NCBI RefSeq assembly: GCF_009914755.1
Contig: NC_060930.1
Strand: one strand, 5' to 3'
Length of the DNA: 64,000 nt
Source: the human T2T-CHM13v2.0 reference genome, Homo sapiens
The position numbers were made by a program, and so were the translations under genes. Under the pieces are notes generated by a model. It saw only the letters and a program-made list of their open reading frames with translations. It ran no database searches and was not told where the DNA came from. Of the stretch, positions 28,764 through 41,230 are shown one piece after another. Position 1 is the stretch's first letter; the number at the start of each line of letters is the position of its first letter.

Positions 28764-29687
28764 TGTGATGGTTAATTTTTTGTGCCAACCAGACTGGACT
28801 AAGGGATGCCCAGACAGCTGGTAAAACATGATTTCTGGGTGTTTCTGGGAGGACTTTTATCTTAATCTGTTTGTGCTGTTGTTACAGAATATCACAATCT
28901 AGGTTATTTATAAAGAAGAGAAATGTGTTTCTCTCAATTCTGGAGACTGAGAAGTCCGAGTTCAAGGCATAGGCAGGTTCAGTTGTCTGGTGAGGAATAC
29001 ATTCCCTGAAAGGGAGGAATACTCTGTCCTCACATGACAGAAGAGCATTATAGGAAGCTATGTATTAAAACACTGAATGAAGCTTCTTTTATGATGGCCT
29101 TAATCCCATTCATGAGGAAGGAGCTCTCATTGCCTAATCACCTTTCAAAAAACTCACTTTCTAATACTATTTTATTGGCAACACCTGTATTTTGGAAGAG
29201 CGACATTGTTTTAGATCATAGCACTATTCTTGAAAAGATTACCATTTGAATCAGTAGACTAAGTAAAGAAGATCCTCACTCACCAATATAGGTGGGCATG
29301 ATTCAATCTGTTGAGACCCAAAGAGAAGCAAAACGAAGAGGAAGAGCTAATTCATTCTCTCTTTCCCTTGTTCTCCTTCTCTCTCTTCTTTTCTTCTCTC
29401 TTCTCAAACTGAAACATTCATTTACTCCTGCCCTCATTTGGAGTTCCTGGTACTGCAGCCTTTGAACTCTGGGACTTACTCCTCCACCACCCTTTCTATT
29501 ACTTCTCCGGCCCTCAGACTCAAACTGAGTTATGCCACTGGCTTTCCTAGTTGCAGACAGCATACTGTGTTCTTCTGGGCCTCCAGAATTGTGTGAGCCA
29601 ATTCTCACAATAAACCTTATTTTATATATCTATATATATATATGTATCCTGTTGGTCGTGTTTCTCTGGAGAACTCCAGCCAATACA
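28764..29687 (+). mobile_element. MLT2 (ERVL) solo LTR interrupted by an MST LTR
   Basis: tgtgatggttaatttt...agctggtaaaacatgatttctgggtgt start; ...gtttctctggagaactccagccaataca end; aataaa followed by (TA)n. Confidence 0.85.
28858..29223 (-). mobile_element. MST-family MaLR solo LTR nested in MLT2
   Basis: tatcttaatctgtttgtgctg...ttctggagactgagaagtcc...taatcccattcatgagg...gatcatagca; MLT2 resumes immediately after. Confidence 0.8.
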
Positions 29688-30944
29688 AGTAGGCTATGCC
29701 AATATAACTTGCTCTCTATTTTAAGGTAGATGTGTATATTCTGCATGTCCATCTCAATTTCCTTTTGCAACCTTCCCCAATATTTTTATTTGCTTATTTA
29801 AATTTAATTTAAACCACAAACTTTCTAGCAATTTTCATCGTGTGATTTTATGGTGTTTAATGAGGTTTTAAGTCTGGTTTTGCTATGTGACAGAGGAAAC
29901 ATAGAAATGAGATTATATAAATACCCCTGCAAGGGGAGATTTCTTGTGTCCATAGCTATCTGGAACATGGTCCGGCTCTACAGACAAAATTTACATTCTC
30001 ATAAAGTTCACTTGTGACATTATACAGTATTTGTAGTCAAGAGAATCTCCTCTTCCCAAACTAGAACATGCTCTCTGGCTAAAATTTCAATTTCTCATTT
30101 TCACACCATGTCTGTGTTCTAGAAAGGAATAATTCAGGCCTGATAGAATGTTGAAAAGGGGGATTTCTCAAGAAATTTAAATTTTTACCAAGAAAAACAT
30201 ATGAAGATTAAAAGATATTAAAAGAAATGTAGGATTTGTTGGGGCAGGAAGCTGAAAGAATTCAATGTATAAGAGAAGGTGAGTGAGCAATGTTGGAAAT
30301 TATTTACTAAGATACATACTCAGAAAATATCATGTACTATAGCAGCCACACATATTTGAACCATAAAACTGGCTTTAAAAGTGTACCATATTAAAAAAAA
30401 ACAGTATTTACTCCCTCATCCATCCTTATACTCATGATCTGTGGCAGAAGAAAGGTATCATCTCGTGTTTTGTAATTGATGTGAGGAAAAAAAAAACAAC
30501 AACAACCAGCAAGGCTATGAAACGATAGATTCTCATGGGAAAACCATGTACTAAAGTAGCTTACATTAAAATGGTGTTGAATAAGATAATATACTCCAAG
30601 GATATTCAACTGTAAAGTGCTTTTAAAATGTAAGGTGTTATAATTATGTAAGAAAGGAAGAATGGCCTTGCGTACATGTCTCATTTCTCTAGTCCATCAT
30701 TGGATATTATGCCATTCAGAAGACCATAATAACTTTTTCAGAGCAGAAAGGCCTTATTTCAAAAGCAACCCATTTTATTGTGTACTCTGAAGCTTTTCTA
30801 GTTGATTTCATTTACACAAGGCTTTATATCTCATTATCTTAGGGTATGATGAGGCATTTTGTTTCTTGTTGATATTTCACAAGGTTGTTTTCTTCCACAG
30901 TGGCTCACATTTCAAACAAAGAACATGGATTATTCATTGTTGGA

Positions 30945-33780
30945 AATAATCTTTTCTTATCCTCCTCACTTGTTTTTGCAGCTTCAGTATTTCATCATGT
31001 GGCTATAGTATGTTTATTCAACTATTTTCCTATGCATGGGCATTCAGGTGATTTCTGTTATTTTGCAATTATAAACAATTCGGCAATGAATAATGTGTGC
31101 ATATTGTTAGAAATATGTTCTTCAGAATTGTAGGGACCAGCCCCACAGGGTCGGTGAGTTTCTCCCCAACGTGCAGTGATGAGAGAGTGTAGAAATAAAG
31201 ACACAAGACAAAGAGATAAAAGAAAAGACAGCTGGGCCCGGGGGACCATTACCACCAATGTGTGGAGACCGGTAGTGGCCCCGAATGTCTGTCTGCACTG
31301 TTATTTATTGGATACAAAGTAAAAAGGGCAGGGTAAAAAGTGTGAGCCATCTCCAATGATAGGTAAGGTCACGTGGGTCACATGTCCACTGGACAGGGGG
31401 CCCTTCCCTGCCTGGCAGCCAAGGCAGAGAGAAAGAGAGGGAGAGAGAGAGACAGCTTACACCATTATTTCTGCTTATTAGAGACTTTTAGTACTTTACT
31501 AATTTGCTACTGTTATCTAAAATGCAGAGCCAGGTGTACAGGATGGAACATGAAGGCAGACTAGGAGCGTGACCACTGAAGCACAGCATCACAGGGAGAC
31601 GGTTAGGCCTCCAGATAACTGTGGGCAAGCCTGACTGATGTCAGGCCCTCCACAAGAAGTGGAGGATCAGAATCTTCTGTAAACTCCCCCGGGGAAAGGG
31701 AGACTCCCTTTCCCGGTCTGTTAAGTAGCAGGTGTCGTTCCTTGACACTTTTCGCTACTGCTAGACCACAGTCCACCTGGCAATGGGCGTCTTCCCAGAC
31801 GCTGGCGTCACCGCTAGACCAAGGAGCCCTTCTGGTGGCCCTGTCTGGGCATAACAGAAGGCTTGTGCTCTTGTCTTCTGGTCACTTCTCACTGTGTCCC
31901 CTCAGCTCCTATCTCTGTATGGCCTGGTTTTTCCTAGATTATGATTATAGAGCGAGGATTATTATAATATTGGAATAAAGAGCAATTGCTACAAACTAAT
32001 AATTAATGATATTCATATATAATCATATCTAAGATCTATATCTGGTATAACTATTCTTGTTTTATATTTTATTATACTGGAACAGCTCATGTCCTCAGTC
32101 TCTTGCCTCTGCACCTGGGTGGCCTGCCGCCCACGAGAATAGATTCATAAAACAGGATTGCTGGGTCAAAAAGCAAGAACTTGTAGTTTTGCTAGATATT
32201 GCCAAATTCTGCTCCATAAATGTACTAATTTACATTTCTTATCTTAACCAATTATGAGAATTTCTGTTTCCCTACAGACTGTCAACACATTGCTTACTCA
32301 AGATGTATTTTTAACTTTTGCCAACTTGATAACTGAGAATCAGTGAAAATATATTTTACATTGCATGTTTCTCATCATGAAGGAAGTTGGATATGTTTTT
32401 AAATGTTTAAAGGTTTTTTGTATTTTTAAATTTTGTTTTAGCAAATTTGCCCTTTATGTATTTTACAAATTTCTCCAACACTTTTAAGCGTTTTTGTATA
32501 CTGTAGCATTGGAGCTAATATAATAAATAATGGTGTTTGTTTTGCTATGCATGTTGTTTTTCTAGTTAAACCTATTAAACTTTTCTATTACCTCATCAAT
32601 ACCTTGAGTATGCTTAGAAAACTTTTCTCCACACTTAGGTTACAAAAGAATTCATCTATGCTTTCAATTTCTTACATGTTTCATTTTTTAGGTTGGATCA
32701 CTCATCTATTTGAAATTTATTCCTAGATATAAAGTAAGCAATAGATTACATTGTATATTTTTTTGTAAAAACATGTCCAATTATGCCAGCATGATTTATT
32801 TAAAGGTTCATCTTTACACTAGTGATTTGAGATATACCTTTATAACATAATAAATTTCAATTTATATTTGGGTCAATTACTTGACTTTCAGTTCTATGCT
32901 TTGGTCTTTTTAGCTATTTACTGAGTAACAAACCAACTTTAAATATAGAGGGTTTAATATGTATGTTTTAATATCTAATAAGCTCACTATTCTTATATGT
33001 TTTCCTTATGAATTTTAGATTTAAAATGTGTAGCTCCATGAAAGGATTTTGAATACACTTGAATGCATTAGACATATAAATTTAAGTTATAAAAAACTGT
33101 TAATTTATGATGTTGAATTTTTTTAGCCAAGAGCTAGAGTTGCTTCTCTATTTGTTCAATTTGTTTTTATGTCTTTCAGGGATTTTTTTTTTCTCATATA
33201 GATTCTGCACAATTCTTGATATAATTGTTTCTAAGAATTTAATTTTTGCCATTGTGGTTGTTTTGCTATTGTAAATGATGTTTTCTCCACCACTATTTTC
33301 TCTAACTAGTAGTTATCAGTGTGTATTGAAGGGTGATGATTTAATTTTATAGCACTCTAACAATAAATTCTTTTATCATTTGTGTTTGTTTTGTGATTCA
33401 TTTTCTAGAATTTTCTAGGTATATTATCATATCAAATGCAAACAGAGATAGTTTCAATTCTTTCTCCCTAATTCATTTATATTGTCTAAATCAAATGGCT
33501 AATACAAAACATCTTTGGTCATATTGAAAATAGTGGACTTATTTGCTTTGTTCTTAACCTTTGTGAAATTTTCTTTAATGTTTTCTCATTAAGTAAAATG
33601 ATGACTTGATGATTAATAAATTTGTGTGTTTAAATTAATGTCAAAGAAATATCCATAAATGGCTGATGATTTCTTTGTGCATTTTTAATCACACATTGTC
33701 AAATAAATTTTTTCCACATCTACCAAGATTATTACATGAAATAGTATTAGATCTCTGAGTATAGTTTATTATAATAATGA
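30945..33780 (-). mobile_element. Ancient L1M (L1ME/MC-like) ORF2/3' fragment, split by LTR13
   Basis: T-rich antisense L1 motifs (ttttgcaattataaacaa, ggattgctgggtcaaa, attatcatatcaaatgcaaacagagatagttt = antisense RT LFADDMI). Confidence 0.75.
31129..32135 (-). mobile_element. LTR13 solo LTR (ERVK / HERV-K13)
   Basis: Minus strand begins (c)gtgggcggcaggccacccaggtgc and ends ggggctggtccctaca; 1007 bp; TSD agaat at 31124-31128 and 32136-32140; CpGs relatively retained. Confidence 0.9.
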
Positions 33781-33799
33781 ATTTTTAGTATTGTCCATT

Positions 33800-33901
33800 T
33801 AAAATTACAAAGTATTGCAGGGAAAATAATAAAGATTTAAGTAAATAGTGATGTACATGTTCATTAATTAGAAGACTCAATGTTTTTGACACATCAGTTC
33901 T

Positions 33902-33950
<49 letters not shown>

Positions 33951-34805
33951 TCAAAGTCATCCCAGTTAAAATCCCAGCAGCCTACTGTTGTAAATATTGA
34001 TAAGCTAATTCTAAAATTTACATGAAAATTTAAATAAAGTAGAATATCCAAAACAATTTTGAAAAACAGTAAACTTTGGTAACTTAATTTGATTTCAAGA
34101 GTTACAATAATAATAACAGTACAGTATTGATGGAAGGATAAGTTTAGCTTATAGGCCAGTAGAACAAAATACAGAATCCTTAAACAGAGCCACACACAAC
34201 ATCAACTGATTTTTGACAAAGATGTTAAGCTAACTTAAAACAGAAAAGAAAGTCTTTCAAATAGTGCTGCAAAAATTAGATATGTATAAGCAAAAAATGA
34301 AAATAATTCCTTACATAATACTACCCACAAAAATAATTTAAAATGGACACACTTCTAAACATAAATGCCAAAGCTATAAAACTTCCAAAAGAATGTACAA
34401 GAAAAAATAATGCACCAGATAATGGATGAATAAACTGATATATTCAGAAAGTGTAATATTACTTGGTGATAAAAATTCTAATCATGCAGCATAGATAAAA
34501 TAAGAAAACATTATGCTGAGAAAAAGAAGCCAGACACAAAAGAGTACAAACTACATGAGCTCATTTGTACAAAAGTTGAGAGCAGACAAAACAAAAATCT
34601 AGTGGCAGAAAGCAGAATGGTTGCATGGAGCCAGGAGCCGGTGGGGATGGTGAATGATTTCAAATGGGCTTAACAAAACTTTCTTTTGTAAAGAAGATGT
34701 TTTATCATTTCATTGTGGTGGCCAAAATGCTTGAAAGTGTACATTTAAAATGGATATATTTATTATATATAATTGTATTTCACTGATGTTCTAATAAAAA
34801 GAAAA
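33800..34805 (+). mobile_element. Old L1M ORF2 3'/3'UTR fragment
   Basis: agaagactcaat, ctaattctaaaatttacatg, caactgatttttgacaaaga, aaagaagccagacacaaaagagtaca. Confidence 0.8.
33905..33948. repeat. (TA)n microsatellite
   Basis: Directly visible perfect run. Confidence 0.97.
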
Positions 34806-36429
34806 GATTTATTAGGTAATATTTGAGGTGTTTCTTCATGGTATGTCTTTAAGTAAAAAAAAAAAAAAAAGTGAAAAACGCAATGACTGACTCCATGAAT
34901 GCAAAAAGAAAGAAATATTTAGTGGTAGTTTTTTTTTTTTTTACCTATATTTGGAACTAAAATGAAGTTTTTGTAACATGCCTCAATCAAACGAAACATG
35001 TATTTTCTCAAGCTGCCTCTACTCAGTCATACAATTCTCATTGTTGAATCATATTATTTAAATAATTGTTTTTCTGAAAATCTTCTGAGTCAGCTTAAAC
35101 TGTTTTTTTGTTTTTAATGTCATCTTTCAGCTACTCACTTTTATGTCTACCATTTATGTACTCACTGTTCAGTCCATCTATGTCAAATACACTTGTAATA
35201 TTTCAAATTCGTTCCTTCTGTGCACCTCGAAATTTCATGTGCCTTTATGGTTGATAATAATATCACTTATATTTATAATATTTTATAGTTATAAAGGTAA
35301 TTATTCCAAAAATGTTAAACTGAAGTTCATGTATATCTTATTAATATGGAATTAAAATAATATGAATACCTTATTTTAATGGGAAGAAATGCCCTTCATA
35401 AATTTAAAATTTCAAAAAAATTTTTTCTGTTCCTGATATTGTTCAAAACTTGGATAAAGTCAAATGCAAAGTGATATTCCTATTAGTGTGTCAGGATCAG
35501 AAATAATACTTCCAGTATTAGTTTTTTACCTCAAGCTCTGTAACTTTGATGAAATAGCAAATAAATGATGGTAAAGCAGGTTATCTACTTATGTTATTTA
35601 AACCACTGGGCATTTCTGAGTGTTGATTGGCCACCTGCTGATCGCTGAAGTCCTACTGACTTATACTATGATAAATTATGTAGAGATGGTGTGTGATAAT
35701 AAGTACTTGCATTCACAGTGGAGAAAAAAAATCCTAGCATTGACTTTTGATGGTAGCTTTTAAGTATTTATTATCTGCATGAAAAAATAAAGCTGGATCT
35801 AATCTTTGAAGTCTGTAGTAATATTCCATCAGTTTTTCTTCAAATAATGTGTGTAGCATTGTGAAAACAAAGTATTTGGATGTTTTAGTGTCATGTAAAA
35901 CATTTTATCTTCAATAGAACACCAGGATGTATTTAATACTTAGGTGGAATATGAATGCATTTTCTAAAAGAGTTTCTCAGTTTCTGTGGCTGCGATTAGA
36001 AACATGAAACATTTATGATTCATAAGTTTCTTTATAAAAGTGAGAACAATAACAAATAGATATAAAGATGGAAGACAAAAATTCTTAAACATGAATTAAG
36101 TAGTCCTTAATACTTCCCCAAAATAGTTGGTCACGAGTCATGATGAGACATTTGACAGATGAAAATTTATTCTCAGAGGCTTGATAGAGCTCCATCTGAG
36201 TTTCTAAAGCTTTTTACTTTTTGTTTATATTTTGTGTACCAATTTGGAGACATTGTCATCTTCCTAGAGGAAATATTAATGTTGCATACACAACCTGATA
36301 AAATAAGCTTTTCTTGTTATAGATGAAAAGATTTAAGAAACTGATAGCTGCAAAATACGGCAATGCAAAATCAGATGAGCTTTCAATGACATAAAATTTA
36401 TCAAGTAGCTGCAAACTTTGATTATGCCC

Positions 36430-36560
36430 TTGCATTCATTCTTTTATTCCACAAATATTTTCTCAACTAGTATGCAAAATGTATGCAAAACACTGTGCTA
36501 AATATGTGGGCAATTAAATAACTAAGGAGACCCAATCCTTGCCTTGAAATAATTCAATCA
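36430..36560 (-). mobile_element. L2 3' end relic
   Basis: cattcattc...acaaatattt...cactgtgctaaat...ccttgccttgaa. Confidence 0.5.
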
Positions 36561-39234
36561 CATTTACTTAAAGTTTTCTGTAGCAAGTTCTGTCTCCATA
36601 CAAATTTTAAAATGTGTCCCTCAGAACGCCATGGTACGGCAGACGCACTGTATCGGCAAAGTGGATGCAAAGTGGATGGAATTCTCCGTATTCTTACTTT
36701 TTACTGTCCTATTTCAGCCAAAAGCATTCTACTTTTCTCTTTTTGTGTACCGAGTCAACAAAAGTTTTTGCTTGATAAACCTTTGCAACTTCCAATAAAA
36801 TTATTGACTGTACTTAACCTTAGCATGCTAGCAACAGAATCTTGGTATAGTATTTTCTTTTAAAAAGAAAGTTTAGTCAGGCTTATTCAAACATCATGTA
36901 TTTATTTTTTGTTTCAACAGGTAATTATTGAGCCTATATAAATGGGAGGTAATTATTAATATTTTATATGTTCAGCTAGACCTAAATCCCACCTAATTTC
37001 CTAATCTAAGGAAAGATTTGACATTGCTTTATCTATTTCCCAATCAACACTTTAGAATTTTAAAATTCTAAATTTAAAATTTCCCTCCATACAACCTACA
37101 ACTTTGACATTTATTTTTTCTATTATCATGTGTATGTGCCTTCTCATAATCTGATAAAAATAAAAGAAAATCAAGGCAACATTTGCTCCACAGCCTTGCT
37201 CTGTTCCCTCTCTCTGAATTGCTTCTCCTAAGAAGGAGAATCATTTACTTTTTTTCTGCTATAGGCTCTTCACCAGTGCAGGTTCTAAGACCAACATATT
37301 ATCAGAATTTTTTTTTTAAATTGCTGCCCTTCAAAATGACAAAGATGTATTACCCTTGATGCTAGTCCATTCTGATGCTGACTCAGTTTTAGTAACACGG
37401 ACTAACTTAAATCGACTTTATAGTGCTGTGGAGATAGTATCTTCACACCTTGTTCCTCTGTTCACAAGTCTGTGTACTCATGACTTCCCAAGATCACAAT
37501 CCTTCCAGGACTGAGGCTCTTTCCTCTTCTTCCAATCTTCCCTATCCAGGGACTGCAATTACCTGGTGGAGGGTGTTTCTTAGTGCTAAATATAACCTGT
37601 TTCTAAATTCTCATGTCCTATGCTATATGTTCACCTATGATGAGGTAGATCTCTACTGACATAGTTTCTGGATTTTCTGTGCTTCTTTTCTACTAAACCA
37701 AAAATATATATTTTAGGAAAAATTTATTTTCCAAAGAAATCTAATGCAGAACTCAAAAATATTCAACAAGTAGTACTGAAGCTCATCTGTCCATTTGGCT
37801 CTTCCTGTCTTCACCAGCAGTCTTTGAAACATAGATGAAAGCTATTGGATTGGTCTCAAACCCTTTTGTTATTCACAAGTCCACTGAATCCCAAACACAT
37901 AAGAAATGGCCTTCCAAGTGTCAAGTGGCTAATCTGACAACTGTTGGTCTCTTCGGGTGTCCCAAGGCTAAATATCTCTGAACTATTCTTTTGTTCAGAA
38001 AGAATGGGATTATTGTTATTATTTTTAAACTTACAGCCAACTCCATTAGTCTGTTTTTATCCTTTATAAATGGCACTAAGATTTGTGAATTAACTAGCTT
38101 TTAAAAATATCTGCCTAATTTTGTAAGGCAAAGATCCCTAATTTCTTTCTACTATTTTTGAATTACTTCTTTGTGGACCTAGATGGCCCTATTTTTAGAG
38201 GATTTATGCTGTCTATAAAAGAATATGATTTTGGAACACATTTTAGAATGTTACATCAAGATTTATAAATAGATATCAGAGGTTTTTCCACAATGAGTGG
38301 AAGAGAAGTGCTGAAGTAAATACTTCCAGTCAACTGGGGAAGGCTTGAAAAAGTTTCAGTAGTTGGAATAATCTGCTATTGTTTCACATTTGGTCTATTT
38401 TTCCTTCGATTTTAGATTTAAAAAAATTATTCATGTTTTATTTACCTTGATTGAGGATCAAATTATATTTATACTTTATGATTAAATTAATCAAATATCT
38501 ATTTGGGTTTATTTTTTAATAAAATAGATTTGAGTTTCTACGTAACTAAACATTGAGATATTTTAAGTAATTACTTATCAGTCTCCTGTAATCATCCATT
38601 AACTAAGGTCAACAAGCGCCCTCAGCTTGCTAAAACAGCAAATGTAGGGCATTATTATGAGCCTTTTTTGAAAAATACGTATTTAATTAAGCTATTGTGG
38701 ATGGTTCTCAGATAGAAAATCACAAGTAGATAATGCCAGAGGTTCTAATGATCATACAGAAAATGGCATTCAAGTGAAATATGGAGATAGCGATAGAAAA
38801 TCATCTACATGTTTATTTAGCTGTCAATTATATTTTCAGTAATTAACGTGTTTCAGTGGGAGGGGGCACTTGGAAGTTGACTGATTTTAATCTCTTGTTA
38901 ACTAATGTCCACTTTAAGAACATTCTTAAATTATCATGTTTGAAAAAAGAAAAACAGATTTGGTATCTCTTAGGTACTGACTCTTCCAAATTCCAATAAC
39001 TTCTCCATCCTTCTTCTGCAATACCTATGTTCTCACTCCAAAGAAAGTATCAAGTATGAAAACTTTGTGTTGATTACAACCTTGCTTCTTTTCTATTAGT
39101 CCCATCTTTCCTTTTCTATTCTCCAAGTGTTTCTCCTTAACCTGAAAAACTCACACAAAACTATCTATCCTGTATTAGTCTTTAAATAGTGATAGATTTC
39201 AATAGAAGATGCATTAAAAAAAAAAATTGAAAGT

Positions 39235-39430
39235 GAGCTGTTTATAAACTTAAATGTGTCAGAATCACCTGTAAGGGGGTGGTGGATATATAAATAAAAA
39301 TGCCTATGCTCCATCCCTTAAGATTTTCACTTAGCCGGTCTTGATTTGAGCTCAGAAACATCTACATTAAAAAACCCTTACTCAAAAGCCGAGAAAGGTT
39401 AACCCAAGACTAGATTTTTGAAAACACTAA
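39235..39430. mobile_element. MER5A-like hAT MITE relic
   Basis: aaacttaaatgtgtcagaatcacctg...ttttgaaaacact. Confidence 0.5.
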
Positions 39431-39599
39431 TTATCAGAAAATTTGGAAGCCCTTAGAAGTCAATCTAAGTCTAAGCCAAAGAAGTCAGATCTTTTCAAGA
39501 TCTGAAAGAAATAGGGTTTTCCAATTGTCCTCTTCATCTCACATCCTATAATGGGAGGGTGATTTTCTTAGCAATTATTACATGTTTTAAATATGTTTT

Positions 39600-40200
39600 T
39601 AAGCAACCTTTCTAATCTGTTGAGGTGGGTACTTGGTAAGCCATTTAAATCTGGAAACATAGGGCACTCAATTCTGGAAATATAAAAAAATATTTCTGTG
39701 AAAATATCTTCCCAGTGTTTTGTCTATTTCTGAAATTTTTATTAATTATATATGACATCCTGAGTTGAATCTGAGATCATTTCATTCCTGTCACACATTC
39801 ATTTATTTAGTTATACTTCCCGGAAGTTTCAATCAGTTTGGTTTTCTCATTATTTATTGATTTTTAAAAAATTTTAACTATCATAGTTTAAATTTTCATG
39901 TTTCTTTTGTTCTCTTTAAAACTTTTTTTTATTTTTCATAGAAGCAGTATCATATATTTTTGAATTTTTTTTCTCATTGTTTCTCCTTCCTCTACTTTTT
40001 TTTTCTTTTTTTTTTCCTCCTTTATTCTCTCTCTTACTTATTTTTCTTCTTGGAGGCTTTCCTCATGTATCTGGTAACTCATGGCTGACATTTCTTTTGG
40101 AGATGCTTGTATTCAAATTAGAAGTCCTATTTAATATTTCCATTGTATTCCTTATAGTGAGGTGATGAGATGGCCAGCCCACTTTTATTTGGGGAAAGCC
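39600..40200 (-). mobile_element. Ancient L1M ORF1 antisense fragment
   Basis: tcaattctggaaat...aaaatatcttcccag; T-rich. Confidence 0.45.
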
Positions 40201-40720
40201 TAATATAAGTATTTACCCATCTTTTCTATAGGTAACTTAGTTTCCTCTGCAAAGGTCCTGAGAGCAGAGTATGAGGCTGGCCTGCAGTATTCTGGAGGTG
40301 GGACTGGGATGAAGGAGTTTGGTCCTGCTAAGGGAGTATTCACACTTACTGTTTAAATTCCTGATTTCATTCCTGTGCCACAGCACTCCCTCCTCTGTGC
40401 ATGCAGAACCTCCCTATTTTTAAATTTCTGAGAGACTGTCTTTAGAGACTGGAGAGGGGAGAGGAGGTATTGTTTGTCTGATCCATGAGGTGGGCAAGAA
40501 ATTGGGACTCTCACAGCATTTGAATCAGATGATCCGGCGATCCTTTGCCTAGGTTTTCCTCCAGGACATCTGGTGTTCCCAGATCTTAAATCTTTCTGGG
40601 GTCCTGTGGTAGGTACGTTATCTTCACCATCATTAGTACATTCCTCTACACTGCTTGGAGATCTTGTCCCTTTATTTACTCTGCCAGGTTGTTTATTATT
40701 CCTACATCTACTCTTAGGAG

Positions 40721-40870
40721 TTAAAGATATTTTCTACTCTGCTACTTCACTGAAGACTACTGCTCTTATTTTAAAGATATTTTCTACTCTGCTACTTCAC
40801 TGAAGACTACTGCTCTTATTTTAAAGATATTTTCTACTCTGCTACTTCACTGAAGACTACTGCTCTTATT
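40721..40870. repeat. Minisatellite, three identical 50-bp units
   Basis: ttaaagatattttctactctgctacttcactgaagactactgctcttatt x3 with no mismatches. Confidence 0.97.
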
Positions 40871-40879
40871 GAGAAGCTT

Positions 40880-41080
40880 TCTTCTTACAAGTATTCTTCC
40901 AGATTCCATTAGTTTCTCCTTCTCTTCGCCATGTTCGGACTAGGGCTGGACGTCCCTGATGTTACTAACCAGAGGGCACGGCACTATTCTTTGCTGTTTT
41001 TTCTTAAACCTGTGACAACAGCCTCTTTATTGAACTCCCTCAATTTCTCCATCTGAGGGTAACATGTTTTCTGATTACAC
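40880..41080 (+). mobile_element. Possible LTR33-like ERVL LTR 3' relic
   Basis: ctttattgaactccctcaatttctccatctgagggtaacatgttttctg resembles the LTR33 3' end. Confidence 0.35.
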
Positions 41081-41211
41081 CCCAAATGTAGAAAATGGCA
41101 AAAAAAAAAAAAAAACCATAACTATGATACATTAAATGCTAGGTATGTGATTTTACAAGATTTTACAAGAAACCAATCTGTCACAATCTACAATTACCTG
41201 ACTTAATCCAA

Positions 41212-41230
41212 AATAATAATAATAATAATA
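41212..41230. repeat. (AAT)n microsatellite
   Basis: Directly visible. Confidence 0.85.

Noticed and set aside
30945-34805. Opposite-strand adjacent L1 pieces as a twin-primed 5' inversion
   Set aside because: Both pieces cover overlapping ORF2 3' consensus regions, so two independent insertions is more parsimonious
40721-40870. CRISPR-like array
   Set aside because: Contiguous tandem units with no unique spacers, no cas genes, eukaryotic context
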